A stretch of 64,000 nucleotides of DNA, from positions 1 through 64,000 of IMG/VR virus record IMGVR_UViG_3300032053_000040; one strand, written 5' to 3'. Source of the DNA: a virus. A program made the translations under genes and the position numbers. Position 1 is the stretch's first letter; each line of letters begins with the position of its first letter. This document shows, piece by piece, positions 1 through 8,827 of this stretch. The notes under the pieces were generated by a model. The model made no database searches. It was not told the DNA's origin and saw only the letters and a list, made by a program, of their open reading frames with translations.

Positions 1-2
1 CA

Positions 3-515
3 ATATTATCTGATTGTGCTCTCTCCAGCGAAGGTTCAATAGATGCAGAAGTCATAGCGTCAATGATGGCCGGAACACGCATTCCAGGTGAGGGGACTAT
101 AGTTGCAGAGGCACTAACAGCAATGTTGGGCGAGTGCACTATGCTGGGTATCTCCTCCATCAAGATCCAAGGAAAATCGTCTATGTTGTCGGGCTCGACA
201 ATTACCGCCACGTCGAGCCTCTGGTTTGGAGTAAAGTTAATCTCCATGCCGAAAAGGATAAAGTTAATCTCCATGCCGAAAAGGATAAAGTTCCCCTACT
301 GTTCAATCCCTCCCAACTCCTTCAGGGAGCCAACGAAGGAACGCTTCTGGAGAGAAGATCTATCTGATTACATAAGGATAGCAAAGGTTCCCTTACGACC
401 CATTCCGCCCAGCTCCTTTGACGAACCACCGAAGGAACCGCTCGGAGGAGAGGGTCTGTCGGAGTATATCGTTTACAAAAATAAAAGAAAGAGGTTGGGA
501 CTATGGCGGTTCTAG
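3..515 (+). CDS. Partial hypothetical virion-module protein (5' end outside the window)
   Basis: Frame is open from position 3 (ILSDCALSSEG...) into ORF 63..515; contains internal duplications. Confidence 0.55.
   Translation: MLSDCALSSEGSIDAEVIASMMAGTRIPGEGTIVAEALTAMLGECTMLGISSIKIQGKSSMLSGSTITATSSLWFGVKLISMPKRIKLISMPKRIKFPYCSIPPNSFREPTKERFWREDLSDYIRIAKVPLRPIPPSSFDEPPKEPLGGEGLSEYIVYKNKRKRLGLWRF
232..292 (+). repeat. 27-bp tandem repeat, about 2.3 copies (KLISMPKRI)
   Basis: taaagttaatctccatgccgaaaagga at 232-258 and 259-285, plus a partial third copy. Confidence 0.9.
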
Positions 516-898
516 ATCCCGGAGCCATCCTGGAGATGGCTGGAGAGGAGCTGGCCGGCGCCATCATAAAGAAGATCCATTCGAACATCCCGCCGCCCAA
601 CAAGCCGGCAACGATCAAACGCAAGGGCTCCAGCAAAACTCTGATAGATTCCGGTGCAATGGTCGGATCTATTGATTGGAGAATGAAGAAAGAGAATCCC
701 TACGAGATCGAATGTGAGGTCGGGATATTTGACGAGGTGATAGCCGAGTATGCAAGAGTACACGAGTTTGGCTATCCGCCTGGAAACATCCCGGAACGAT
801 CCTTCTTGAGGTCAACGTGCGACGAGGAGGGGGACAGAATTCTCGACGCGGCTGAAAAGCTACTTGGAGACGATATATCAAGGTCATGGGAGGAGTAA
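503..898 (+). CDS. Virion morphogenesis / neck protein (Mu gpG-like)
   Basis: PPPNKPATIKRKGSSKTLIDSG and YARVHEFG..IPERSFLR motifs. Confidence 0.8.
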   Translation: MAVLDPGAILEMAGEELAGAIIKKIHSNIPPPNKPATIKRKGSSKTLIDSGAMVGSIDWRMKKENPYEIECEVGIFDEVIAEYARVHEFGYPPGNIPERSFLRSTCDEEGDRILDAAEKLLGDDISRSWEE

Positions 899-1058
899 GC
901 AATAGGCGAACCCTCTTTGGCAAAACTATTAATAAGACAAACAAGCAAAACGATCTAAGAAAGGAACGATCCGCTTTATTTGCCGAGCTCATAAATATAT
1001 GCGGCAAAGATAAAAAGATAATACAACTTGCCAGAAAATATTATCGCGAGGATACAAC

Positions 1059-2270
1059 TTGAGAACTGCCTACAAGTTCAGGATCTACCCTAACAAGCAC
1101 CAGGAGATTATCTTAGGTATAACCTTGGAAACTTGTAGGCATCTTTGGAATATGGCTTTGGCAGACAGAAAGAATATGTGGGAGCAAGAGGGCATCACAC
1201 GATCTTATGAGGACCAGGCATCCATCTTAACCCTAGAGAGACAGAATAATCCATATCTAAAGGGTGTCCTAGCGCAGGCGGAACAAGATGTTCTTCGAAG
1301 ACTCAATAAGGCAATGGATAACTTCTTCAGACGTGTTCGAGAAGGGGCTAGGAAGAAAGGTTATCCGAGATTCAAAGGATATGGCCGATACACTTCATTT
1401 ACATATCCGCAATCTGGTTTCAAGCTTAACGGTACCAGATTAATGTTATCCAAACTACCAGGAACAATCCGAGCTTTTGTTCACAGGCAGATTGAAGGAA
1501 AGATCAAGACTTGTACTCTTAAACGAGATGGTCAGGGAACTTGGTTCATAATATTTGTGACTGAGCAGGAGGATCCCGTCAAACTGGAACCCAAGACAGC
1601 CCTCGGAGTGGATCTTGGAATATCACATGCAATAACCACGTCTGAAGGGCAGACCTTCGATTACCCAAAATATTACATTCAAGCTGAGAAAAAGAACCGG
1701 GCTGCTGAAAAATCTTTGCACCGCAAGAAACTTGGTTCCAAGAATCGCAAGAAGGCCCAGATCAGGCTTAATAGGATTAACAAACGTGTAACCAACTTGC
1801 GAGACGAATTCCAGCACCAAGTCTCTAGGAGGTTGGTTAATTCAGCAGACTTAATTGTATTTGAGGATCTGAATATTTCAGGTATGTTGAAAAATCATCA
1901 CCTAGCGAAACATATCCAAGATGTTTCATGGGGGAAACTAATACGCTTCACGGAAAGCAAGGCTGAAAGAGCTGGCAAAAGCGTGGTATTAGTTGATCCT
2001 AGAAACACAAGTCAAAGATGTTCGGATTGCGGCCAGATTGTACTTAAAGATCTATCTGAAAGGGTACATAGATGTCCCGTTTGTGGTCTGCGATTGGACC
2101 GCGACCATAACGCAGCCCTGAACATCCTAACCCTCGGACTGAGGGGGATTGCCTGTGGAGAACTGACCTCCGGCCTGGGCATGCGTCCAGGTAGGCGTCT
2201 GTTCATTGAAGCAGGAAGCCCTTCCCCTTTAGGGGCAAGGGAGGAAGTCACTAATTGTGCCATCTGGTAA
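1059..2270 (+). CDS. tnpB: RNA-guided endonuclease TnpB (IS200/IS605 family)
   Basis: AYKFRIYP N-terminus, GYPRFK, RuvC-I GVDLG, RuvC-II FEDL, zinc finger CSDC/CPVC, RuvC-III DRDHNAALNI; catalytic triad intact. Confidence 0.95.
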   Translation: MRTAYKFRIYPNKHQEIILGITLETCRHLWNMALADRKNMWEQEGITRSYEDQASILTLERQNNPYLKGVLAQAEQDVLRRLNKAMDNFFRRVREGARKKGYPRFKGYGRYTSFTYPQSGFKLNGTRLMLSKLPGTIRAFVHRQIEGKIKTCTLKRDGQGTWFIIFVTEQEDPVKLEPKTALGVDLGISHAITTSEGQTFDYPKYYIQAEKKNRAAEKSLHRKKLGSKNRKKAQIRLNRINKRVTNLRDEFQHQVSRRLVNSADLIVFEDLNISGMLKNHHLAKHIQDVSWGKLIRFTESKAERAGKSVVLVDPRNTSQRCSDCGQIVLKDLSERVHRCPVCGLRLDRDHNAALNILTLGLRGIACGELTSGLGMRPGRRLFIEAGSPSPLGAREEVTNCAIW

Positions 2271-2271
2271 A
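2130..2271 (+). ncRNA. Putative TnpB omega/reRNA and IS right end (ends GTCAC at 2251; guide about 2252-2271)
   Basis: gaagcccttcccctttaggggcaagggaggaagtcac hairpin overlapping the tnpB 3' end; 5' boundary approximate. Confidence 0.7.
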
Positions 2272-2303
2272 CAAAATCAAAATCAAGAGTGGGGTATTGT
2301 ATT

Positions 2304-2885
2304 ATGACAGCATCAGTAAGTATTGTAGAAGGAAACGGGGCTTCCGTTTCCTGGACAACCGTCACGGTGGGCCGGTATTGTACCACCGACGCGGCGGACC
2401 CAGGCAATTCCTATCCGCTCGTTATCCCGAGCAGTGGCTTCTACTTCAGCTACTGGAAACACCACCGAATGGCGTTCTCGGGAACCTACACGCAGCTATC
2501 GAACTTCCGGTTCTACACTGGCGGCACGATAAAGACTGACTGGAGCCTGGGAACCGGCGGGATGATCATTGTCGGAAGAAGAGATAGCTCACCTCACGGA
2601 TGCCCGGCTGGGAGCTACTCACAGGCGACAGGAACGCAGGGGCAGTTCGGCAATTACCTGAAAGATGCCGACGTGGGCCATCCGTACTACAAAGGACAGA
2701 CGATAGACCCGATAGATGCCGACTCATGCACGTCCGGTTCACCGCTAGTCTTCGACAACAGCGTTTATGGACCCAACGCCACCGGTGCCACATTTTCAGT
2801 AGTCCACCAGGCCAAAGTCGCAGACGATGCCACACAAGGTGCAAAGGGGAACCAGCTCTACACGGTGAAATACGACGAGATTTAG
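2304..2885 (+). CDS. Hypothetical structural protein
   Basis: G/S/T-rich, beta-rich ORF in the morphogenesis module. Confidence 0.6.
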   Translation: MTASVSIVEGNGASVSWTTVTVGRYCTTDAADPGNSYPLVIPSSGFYFSYWKHHRMAFSGTYTQLSNFRFYTGGTIKTDWSLGTGGMIIVGRRDSSPHGCPAGSYSQATGTQGQFGNYLKDADVGHPYYKGQTIDPIDADSCTSGSPLVFDNSVYGPNATGATFSVVHQAKVADDATQGAKGNQLYTVKYDEI

Positions 2886-2913
2886 ATTTAACCGCTTATA
2901 TATTTCAGGTTAA

Positions 2914-3738
2914 ATGGTTGAGATAGCTCCAGGAGTGCATAAGCCGCTTCTGGTTTACTTCTGGGTCAGGACGCTCGAAGATGGCCATACGATAGAGTGC
3001 CAGTTCGATCTGGACACGGGCGAGCCCCGAAGCTGGCTCCCGGTTCCTGACAAGCTAACTCAGGTAATCCTGTATCCGGTTTACCAGGAACTGTCTGACC
3101 TTATGGCCCAGTGGGGCGAATTCGGTGTTCCCAACAGTCGCCCAAAGGTCAAAGTAGATCTAAACAAGGATAAGGTTATAACGAAGGTCGAATTTCAGAG
3201 ACGTTTCTTCTGGGGCCCCACACATCACGCAGAACAGATTATCCAGGTAGGCGAGAAACCAATCTGGAATCTCGTTAACGAGCTCCACTTCACGTATTAC
3301 TATCTTTGCAGCAAATGTAAAAACAAGTTCCAGCTGGAGGGAGGCGCTCCGTTGGTCTGCCCCGCCTGTGGTATAAGAAACGAATGGGAGTGCCATAGGT
3401 GCGGCGAGATCAAGTTCGGTGAATATTATTGTCTCGACTGCGGTATAAAATGGAAACGCGATGGGGAATACAAGTACGGCTCAGAGGTCTTCTGCCCCAA
3501 ATGCGGGCTTATAGCCAAACCCAAAGGCGAGATCAAAACCAAACCTCTTTTCCAGGGCGACGGTAAAGTAGAGTGCCCGGATTGCCTTGAGGATGGCAGA
3601 ATCCAGGGGTTGGTCGAAATTGAGAACCTTGAGCTCAAGTGCTTCTCCTGGCTCGAGACAAAACATGTTATCGGTATTGAAGGTAACTACGAGCAAGAGA
3701 TAGGCGACGACGAGATCCTGCGGAGGGATCTATCTTGA
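2914..3738 (+). CDS. Multi-zinc-ribbon protein
   Basis: Six CxxC motifs (CSKC, CPAC, CHRC, CLDC, CPKC, CPDC). Confidence 0.7.
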   Translation: MVEIAPGVHKPLLVYFWVRTLEDGHTIECQFDLDTGEPRSWLPVPDKLTQVILYPVYQELSDLMAQWGEFGVPNSRPKVKVDLNKDKVITKVEFQRRFFWGPTHHAEQIIQVGEKPIWNLVNELHFTYYYLCSKCKNKFQLEGGAPLVCPACGIRNEWECHRCGEIKFGEYYCLDCGIKWKRDGEYKYGSEVFCPKCGLIAKPKGEIKTKPLFQGDGKVECPDCLEDGRIQGLVEIENLELKCFSWLETKHVIGIEGNYEQEIGDDEILRRDLS

Positions 3739-6041
3739 CCAGCATCTATTTCCTGTACAAAGGATCCACTCCGCCAGCTCCGTACCAGGTTAAAGCAACC
3801 TGGGACGGGAAATACTTGAAGTTTACGAACCAGGTAGCAAGTCATGGGACCACAGGAGGCAATGCTACACATCAACACACAGTAGCCAACAAACAGTGTT
3901 CTAACGCTCCAGTTCTTAATGCCTACAGACGATTTGGGGGAGCGACGGGGCTATATTCAATGAACACGCACAGCCATGGCGTATCTGCGAGTGGCGACGC
4001 CCAGAACAACGATCCCTCTTATTATACGTTATCTCTAATTTATATGGACCTGACCGAATGGGAACTCTCAGAACGTCGCATCCCCCAAAACGCGGTTGTC
4101 CTTTCAGAAGCAAGTTTAGCCGCATGGACAGAAGTTGCAAGGTTGTCCGCACCAGATGGCAAATTGATAAAACTAGGCTCTCCCGGGTCCACCGGTGGTC
4201 GAGAAACCCACCAGCACACGGCTTCCGGATCACTCGCAGCGATGTCAGCCCTCCTTTCGCAGATGTACTATTATGAGGGGGAAGATCCGGTTGAATATGC
4301 AGCAAATGCCTCTCATTCGCATACGTTCAGCTTTTCAAGTGCTGCAAAGACCATAAAACCAGCACGAATTCAAACCCGCCTATATTATGCGATTGCAACG
4401 ACGCTAAAAGCCGAAGCAGGAATCATAGCCTTTGTAGATGCTGCACCTTCAGCAAACTGGTCTTCTGTAAACTGGAACGGTAATCTTGTCGAAAGTGCAA
4501 ATAGCAATCCAACACAAACAGGTAGCAACGACCACGATCATCAGTCTCTGTCTGGTGCAAGTTCAAGTTATACAAACGCCCAGTATACCGAAGGTGTGCT
4601 CAATCTAGCTGCTTATGATGCCCATTTGCATACTGTGACTGTTGATCTTCAATCAACTAGCAACGAGCCACAGTACGTTTACCTCTATCCGGTGAAACTT
4701 CTCAACACGCTAGTTCACGAGGTCACGTACACCAAAACCTGGAACATGAATGCGCTCGTATCGAAATCCAAACCCAAGACGTTCGAGATGCAAGCTACGA
4801 TCAGGCGCGATGACGAGTTTACATATCCAGTAGATGGCCTGGTGCAAACCTCTTTTGAGAAGACGTTCAACGCTTCGGCAGCAGTATGTGACATATTTAA
4901 TTTCACATGGGACGCGGACGCATTGCTAAAACGAGTTCCAACGCGCTCCTTCAGAATGAGAACATCGATGTTCCGGCTGCAAACGGATTGGGCGATGTCA
5001 GCCATTATGACTAAACCCTTCGTCCCGACTTCAATTATAGATTCGTTAGCTCGTGCTTACGTTACTCAGTTCGATTCAGTCCAGCAAGAGATCCAATCGA
5101 TGGAATGGGCCAACAAAATCGAGAACGCCATCGATAACAATCTGGACGACAGGTGGGGTAAAGTCTACAAGCTTCCTAGAAGGCAGGCAGAAACAGATGA
5201 GGCCTATCGAAAACGACTCCAGACGAACATAGGGGTCATCACAGGAAGCGCGACCAAATCAACTTGCGAGAACACCCTTGATACCATAGTCGACGAACCA
5301 GGTGGGTCTCTTGTAGAATCCTATTGGCCTGCCACGGTTCGAGTCGACTTCCTGACTGACAAAGCATTAAGGAACGCCCTGAAGTTCCGATCGCTGATCG
5401 AGAGCACGTTGGACAGGATGCTTGCCGCAGGAGTCAGCTACTTTATTTACCTCTCCTATTTGGATTTCTCGATGTCAGCTCACCTAGCAGGCGTGAACTC
5501 CTTTGGGTTCTATATGGATGCTGCACTGATGAGCTCTTTCGGCTGCACGTTCAACCTGGACGCTAGAATTGTAGATACGGATGAGACTGACTTCGAGATG
5601 GATGCGCTTGTCCAGAAAGAACAGCACCTGGAGTATCTTATCGGATGTACTCTGAAAAGGACTGCGTTGTCTCAATTCAACCTATCGACACGCATTATGA
5701 TGACAAACGACGAGAGTATCTACATGTCGGTTCTCCTCAAGATTTCCAAGTCCACAGGATTGCCTATTGATGCGATCATCCAAAAGATGGGTATACCAAA
5801 ATCGATCACAATGGATACCAGGATGACACGACCCTTCTCACGTGTCTTCTTCATGAGCTCTAAGTTAGTTATCCAGGGCGAGGCTACAGTCAACATGAGT
5901 GCCAGGATCAAGAAGTTTGATGCTCTCAAAAGCTTCCGGGTCTCGGCCAGGCTTCTCAGCCACAGGTCAACTGGTTGGCAGATGTCCACCAGGCTGGTCA
6001 CGGAACAGTACAGGCGATCGGATGGGGTGATGGTAGTTTGA
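3735..6041 (+). CDS. Tail fibre-like protein fused to a baseplate wedge (gpI-like) domain
   Basis: Six HxH motifs in the N-terminal part; LDDRWGKVYKLPRRQAETDEAYRKRL wedge motif; ~15-aa repeats. Confidence 0.7.
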   Translation: MTSIYFLYKGSTPPAPYQVKATWDGKYLKFTNQVASHGTTGGNATHQHTVANKQCSNAPVLNAYRRFGGATGLYSMNTHSHGVSASGDAQNNDPSYYTLSLIYMDLTEWELSERRIPQNAVVLSEASLAAWTEVARLSAPDGKLIKLGSPGSTGGRETHQHTASGSLAAMSALLSQMYYYEGEDPVEYAANASHSHTFSFSSAAKTIKPARIQTRLYYAIATTLKAEAGIIAFVDAAPSANWSSVNWNGNLVESANSNPTQTGSNDHDHQSLSGASSSYTNAQYTEGVLNLAAYDAHLHTVTVDLQSTSNEPQYVYLYPVKLLNTLVHEVTYTKTWNMNALVSKSKPKTFEMQATIRRDDEFTYPVDGLVQTSFEKTFNASAAVCDIFNFTWDADALLKRVPTRSFRMRTSMFRLQTDWAMSAIMTKPFVPTSIIDSLARAYVTQFDSVQQEIQSMEWANKIENAIDNNLDDRWGKVYKLPRRQAETDEAYRKRLQTNIGVITGSATKSTCENTLDTIVDEPGGSLVESYWPATVRVDFLTDKALRNALKFRSLIESTLDRMLAAGVSYFIYLSYLDFSMSAHLAGVNSFGFYMDAALMSSFGCTFNLDARIVDTDETDFEMDALVQKEQHLEYLIGCTLKRTALSQFNLSTRIMMTNDESIYMSVLLKISKSTGLPIDAIIQKMGIPKSITMDTRMTRPFSRVFFMSSKLVIQGEATVNMSARIKKFDALKSFRVSARLLSHRSTGWQMSTRLVTEQYRRSDGVMVV

Positions 6042-7633
6042 TACCAGTAGTAATTACGAAGATGCCGAACACCAATTACGTTCTTGTCTCATTCGATCCC
6101 ACGCAAAAAGAATGGTTCAAGTCCGAGCCATTCCCCGGGAATGTAAAAACCGTTCTGTCTACAGTGTGGTCTTATGGCCCCTCCCATCTGGCATTGGTAG
6201 AAATGAACGACGGCAGCCAGCATGTCTACCGCACACCTGATTATGGGCAGCATTGGGTTGACGTCTGGACACCTCCCTCCAAGATCTACGCTATGAAACA
6301 GATGGACTTCGGGATGGTCCTGGCAAGTGCGGAAAACGGCTGGTACAGAACCGTAAGGCAGGGTCTGGAATGGACAAAAATATCGAGCCAGGCGATAAGC
6401 TGTGACGATTGGTGCCAGATAGGAAAAGATATCCTGCTGGCCCACGACGGAAGGTACATCTGGAGATCGTCAAACCGTGCAGTAGATTGGTCAAAAGTTT
6501 ACGACTGTGGTGCAAATGTGTATCCTGCCATAGCTGGATATTACTCAAGAGTATATGTCGGTTGTGGCACTGACCTGATAATGAGCGATGATTTCGGACT
6601 GAACTTCACTGGGGAATACGCCTGGAATATTGCATATCGTCCGTGGCTCCCCAACTGGTCGTCTAATATGATCAAAAAAATCCTTCTTACGCGAGTAGAT
6701 GGAAAAACCATAGAAGAATGTAAATTTTTTCTACAGACCCACGACTTGAGCGATAACACCTTAAAGCACTTTGTAAAATGGTACGAAGAAGGATATGGAT
6801 ACTGGGGGTGGACATCGAAATTCACCCAGCCTTATAACATATCGGATGGACTCGATGCTTATCAGGTCTACGTTCCAGGAACGACAAACCAGACTTTCAT
6901 GCTCATTTCGTCGCAGACAAAGGCCCAAAGCGGAGGAGGCTATACGATCTCTTTTAAAAAAGCGATTGATGGTGGCGATGTCTGGGTAGACGTCGATCTC
7001 TCCACTGCTAAAATTTTCTCTACCGATCTATCGAAATACGAAATCGGTGGTGCATTTTTAGAGGATTCTTACGCTGAGTTGGCTTGGGTTGGTCCCGCAT
7101 GTCACAATTACGGTTATTGGCTACGATCTGACAAGTGGGAGATGAACCTCAGCTTTGATGTGGCCGCCAATATGTTAAAGGCTCGGAAAAAAGAGTTCAA
7201 CGTCAACTGTAACGTAAAAAAAATACGTACCAAAACATTCCAAAACGATGCCCTTTTACAGGCAACAAAACAGGCGAGTTGGCAGTCAAACGGTCTCTTC
7301 AAGAAAACGCTCGAAACTGGGTTGCTCATTGGGGCGCCTGTCATGAAGACAACAGGCAAAGCAATCGACATGGACGCCATCGTGGTCTTCAATAGGACAA
7401 ATGTGTTCGATATGGACGTCCTCGCCCAAAAAGCCATTGAACACAAGTTCATCATGAATATGCCTGTGCAGGATACTTTCGCCAAAGGATTCTCAATGAG
7501 CACAAATATGGTCAAGTCCTATTTCGAGCTGCTGTTCCTGCTGTTCGAGAAGTATATCATGCAGGAGCTGGACATCCGACCGGAGAACTGGTCTACTGAT
7601 GCTTGGGGGAAGGACAGGAGCGAGTTCGAATGA
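6038..7633 (+). CDS. Beta-propeller (BNR/Asp-box) putative adhesin with C-terminal ~15-aa repeats
   Basis: RTPDYGQHW, RSSNRAVDW, SDDFGLNF, AIDGGDVW Asp-boxes; TTG start at 6038 after GGGGTGA. Confidence 0.7.
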   Translation: MIPVVITKMPNTNYVLVSFDPTQKEWFKSEPFPGNVKTVLSTVWSYGPSHLALVEMNDGSQHVYRTPDYGQHWVDVWTPPSKIYAMKQMDFGMVLASAENGWYRTVRQGLEWTKISSQAISCDDWCQIGKDILLAHDGRYIWRSSNRAVDWSKVYDCGANVYPAIAGYYSRVYVGCGTDLIMSDDFGLNFTGEYAWNIAYRPWLPNWSSNMIKKILLTRVDGKTIEECKFFLQTHDLSDNTLKHFVKWYEEGYGYWGWTSKFTQPYNISDGLDAYQVYVPGTTNQTFMLISSQTKAQSGGGYTISFKKAIDGGDVWVDVDLSTAKIFSTDLSKYEIGGAFLEDSYAELAWVGPACHNYGYWLRSDKWEMNLSFDVAANMLKARKKEFNVNCNVKKIRTKTFQNDALLQATKQASWQSNGLFKKTLETGLLIGAPVMKTTGKAIDMDAIVVFNRTNVFDMDVLAQKAIEHKFIMNMPVQDTFAKGFSMSTNMVKSYFELLFLLFEKYIMQELDIRPENWSTDAWGKDRSEFE

Positions 7634-8025
7634 CACTAACTATTGGAGATGTAAGAAACGTCCTGAATATACCGGACAAAGAAGAGCTATCGGATGCGGT
7701 TATCACCCAGAACATGACCTCTGCCGGGATAATGATAGACGCCATCAATAGAGGAGGCGCATCGGGACCTATAGTAGACGAGGCAAAACTCCGGCTGGCA
7801 TCTTACCTGTCGTATCTCTCCACCGCAGACCACATAGTCCACGACCTTCCTGGCGAGATAGACCAAGACGAACACCGGTGGCAACCTACAGAAGATGTCA
7901 TTGTACGAGAGAGATCGGAAAAGCTGGCCGCCCTTAAGCAAGCTTCAGACGAGGCAATAGCAGCGATGATATCGACCTTCAGACGCGGCCGCAGACCAAT
8001 GATGGGTAGCGCGAGGATATCGTGA
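7630..8025 (+). CDS. Putative head-tail adaptor
   Basis: TIGDVRNVL N-terminus, helical character, position in the module. Confidence 0.55.
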   Translation: MTLTIGDVRNVLNIPDKEELSDAVITQNMTSAGIMIDAINRGGASGPIVDEAKLRLASYLSYLSTADHIVHDLPGEIDQDEHRWQPTEDVIVRERSEKLAALKQASDEAIAAMISTFRRGRRPMMGSARIS

Positions 8026-8624
8026 TAGGCTCGGAGACAAAAGACAAACTGCTTGCCTGGCTGCCCACGATCCTGGCCGGCCAGGAGCTGGAGCTTATAG
8101 AGACGGCCGACTATATGGGTAGCTATCCGGTTCCGTCGATGAGCATAAGTTACCTCTCTGCTGGCCCCATCCAGAGGTGGGCAGGCGCTGCACCAATGAG
8201 CATTCTCCCCAACGAGAACGGAGACTACGATGAGAAGTACGGCCAGCACCACAAGCTCACGATCTCGATCGGGTTAAGGTCTTACGATTCCAGACAGCTA
8301 GACGACATGTCAAACGATTTCTTGAAAAAGATTTTCAAGAACCGCCAGCTGCTCTCTCTCCGACGAGACGGGTTCTGTTTCGTTGAAGTCCTCTCCAATC
8401 GGATCAGGCTGACGGAACGCGACGAGAAATCATCGAAAAAGATCTATAGGGCCATCTTCGATTTATTATTTGAATACGAAATCTGCTGGCTAGGCGATGA
8501 GCCTGCAATAATGAAGTTTGGAGCTGATGTAACTGTTCCAGGAAGCGATCCGCTTCATCTTTTCCAGGAGGTTCTCGAAAAGACGGTAGGCTTTGCGATG
8601 AGTTGCATATTAGTTAAGGAGTGA
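8022..8624 (+). CDS. Putative tail completion / terminator protein
   Basis: Size and position just upstream of the sheath gene. Confidence 0.5.
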   Translation: MIGSETKDKLLAWLPTILAGQELELIETADYMGSYPVPSMSISYLSAGPIQRWAGAAPMSILPNENGDYDEKYGQHHKLTISIGLRSYDSRQLDDMSNDFLKKIFKNRQLLSLRRDGFCFVEVLSNRIRLTERDEKSSKKIYRAIFDLLFEYEICWLGDEPAIMKFGADVTVPGSDPLHLFQEVLEKTVGFAMSCILVKE

Positions 8625-8783
8625 ATGATCGGTATGGCAGAAAAACAGGTTCTGAGGGCTCGGCTAATTGACCACAAGATGCGTGGTAATATAGACGAGG
8701 CAACGTTCCAGAGACTTTATAAGAGGTACGGGGGGGACGAGAGGGCGCTAGATAGGATACTCGAGATCCCAGTAAAAGAATAG
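8625..8783 (+). CDS. Small hypothetical protein (52 aa)
   Basis: Manually read ORF MIGMAEKQVLRARL...IPVKE filling the gap. Confidence 0.5.
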   Translation: MIGMAEKQVLRARLIDHKMRGNIDEATFQRLYKRYGGDERALDRILEIPVKE

Positions 8784-8827
8784 ACTTATTATTTTCTTTA
8801 AAATTTTCAAGGAGAGTGGGGGAAAAA

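Noticed and set aside
304-470. Imperfect ~70-bp duplication as a DGR template/variable repeat pair
   Set aside because: Differences are not adenine-specific, many are synonymous, and no reverse transcriptase is present.
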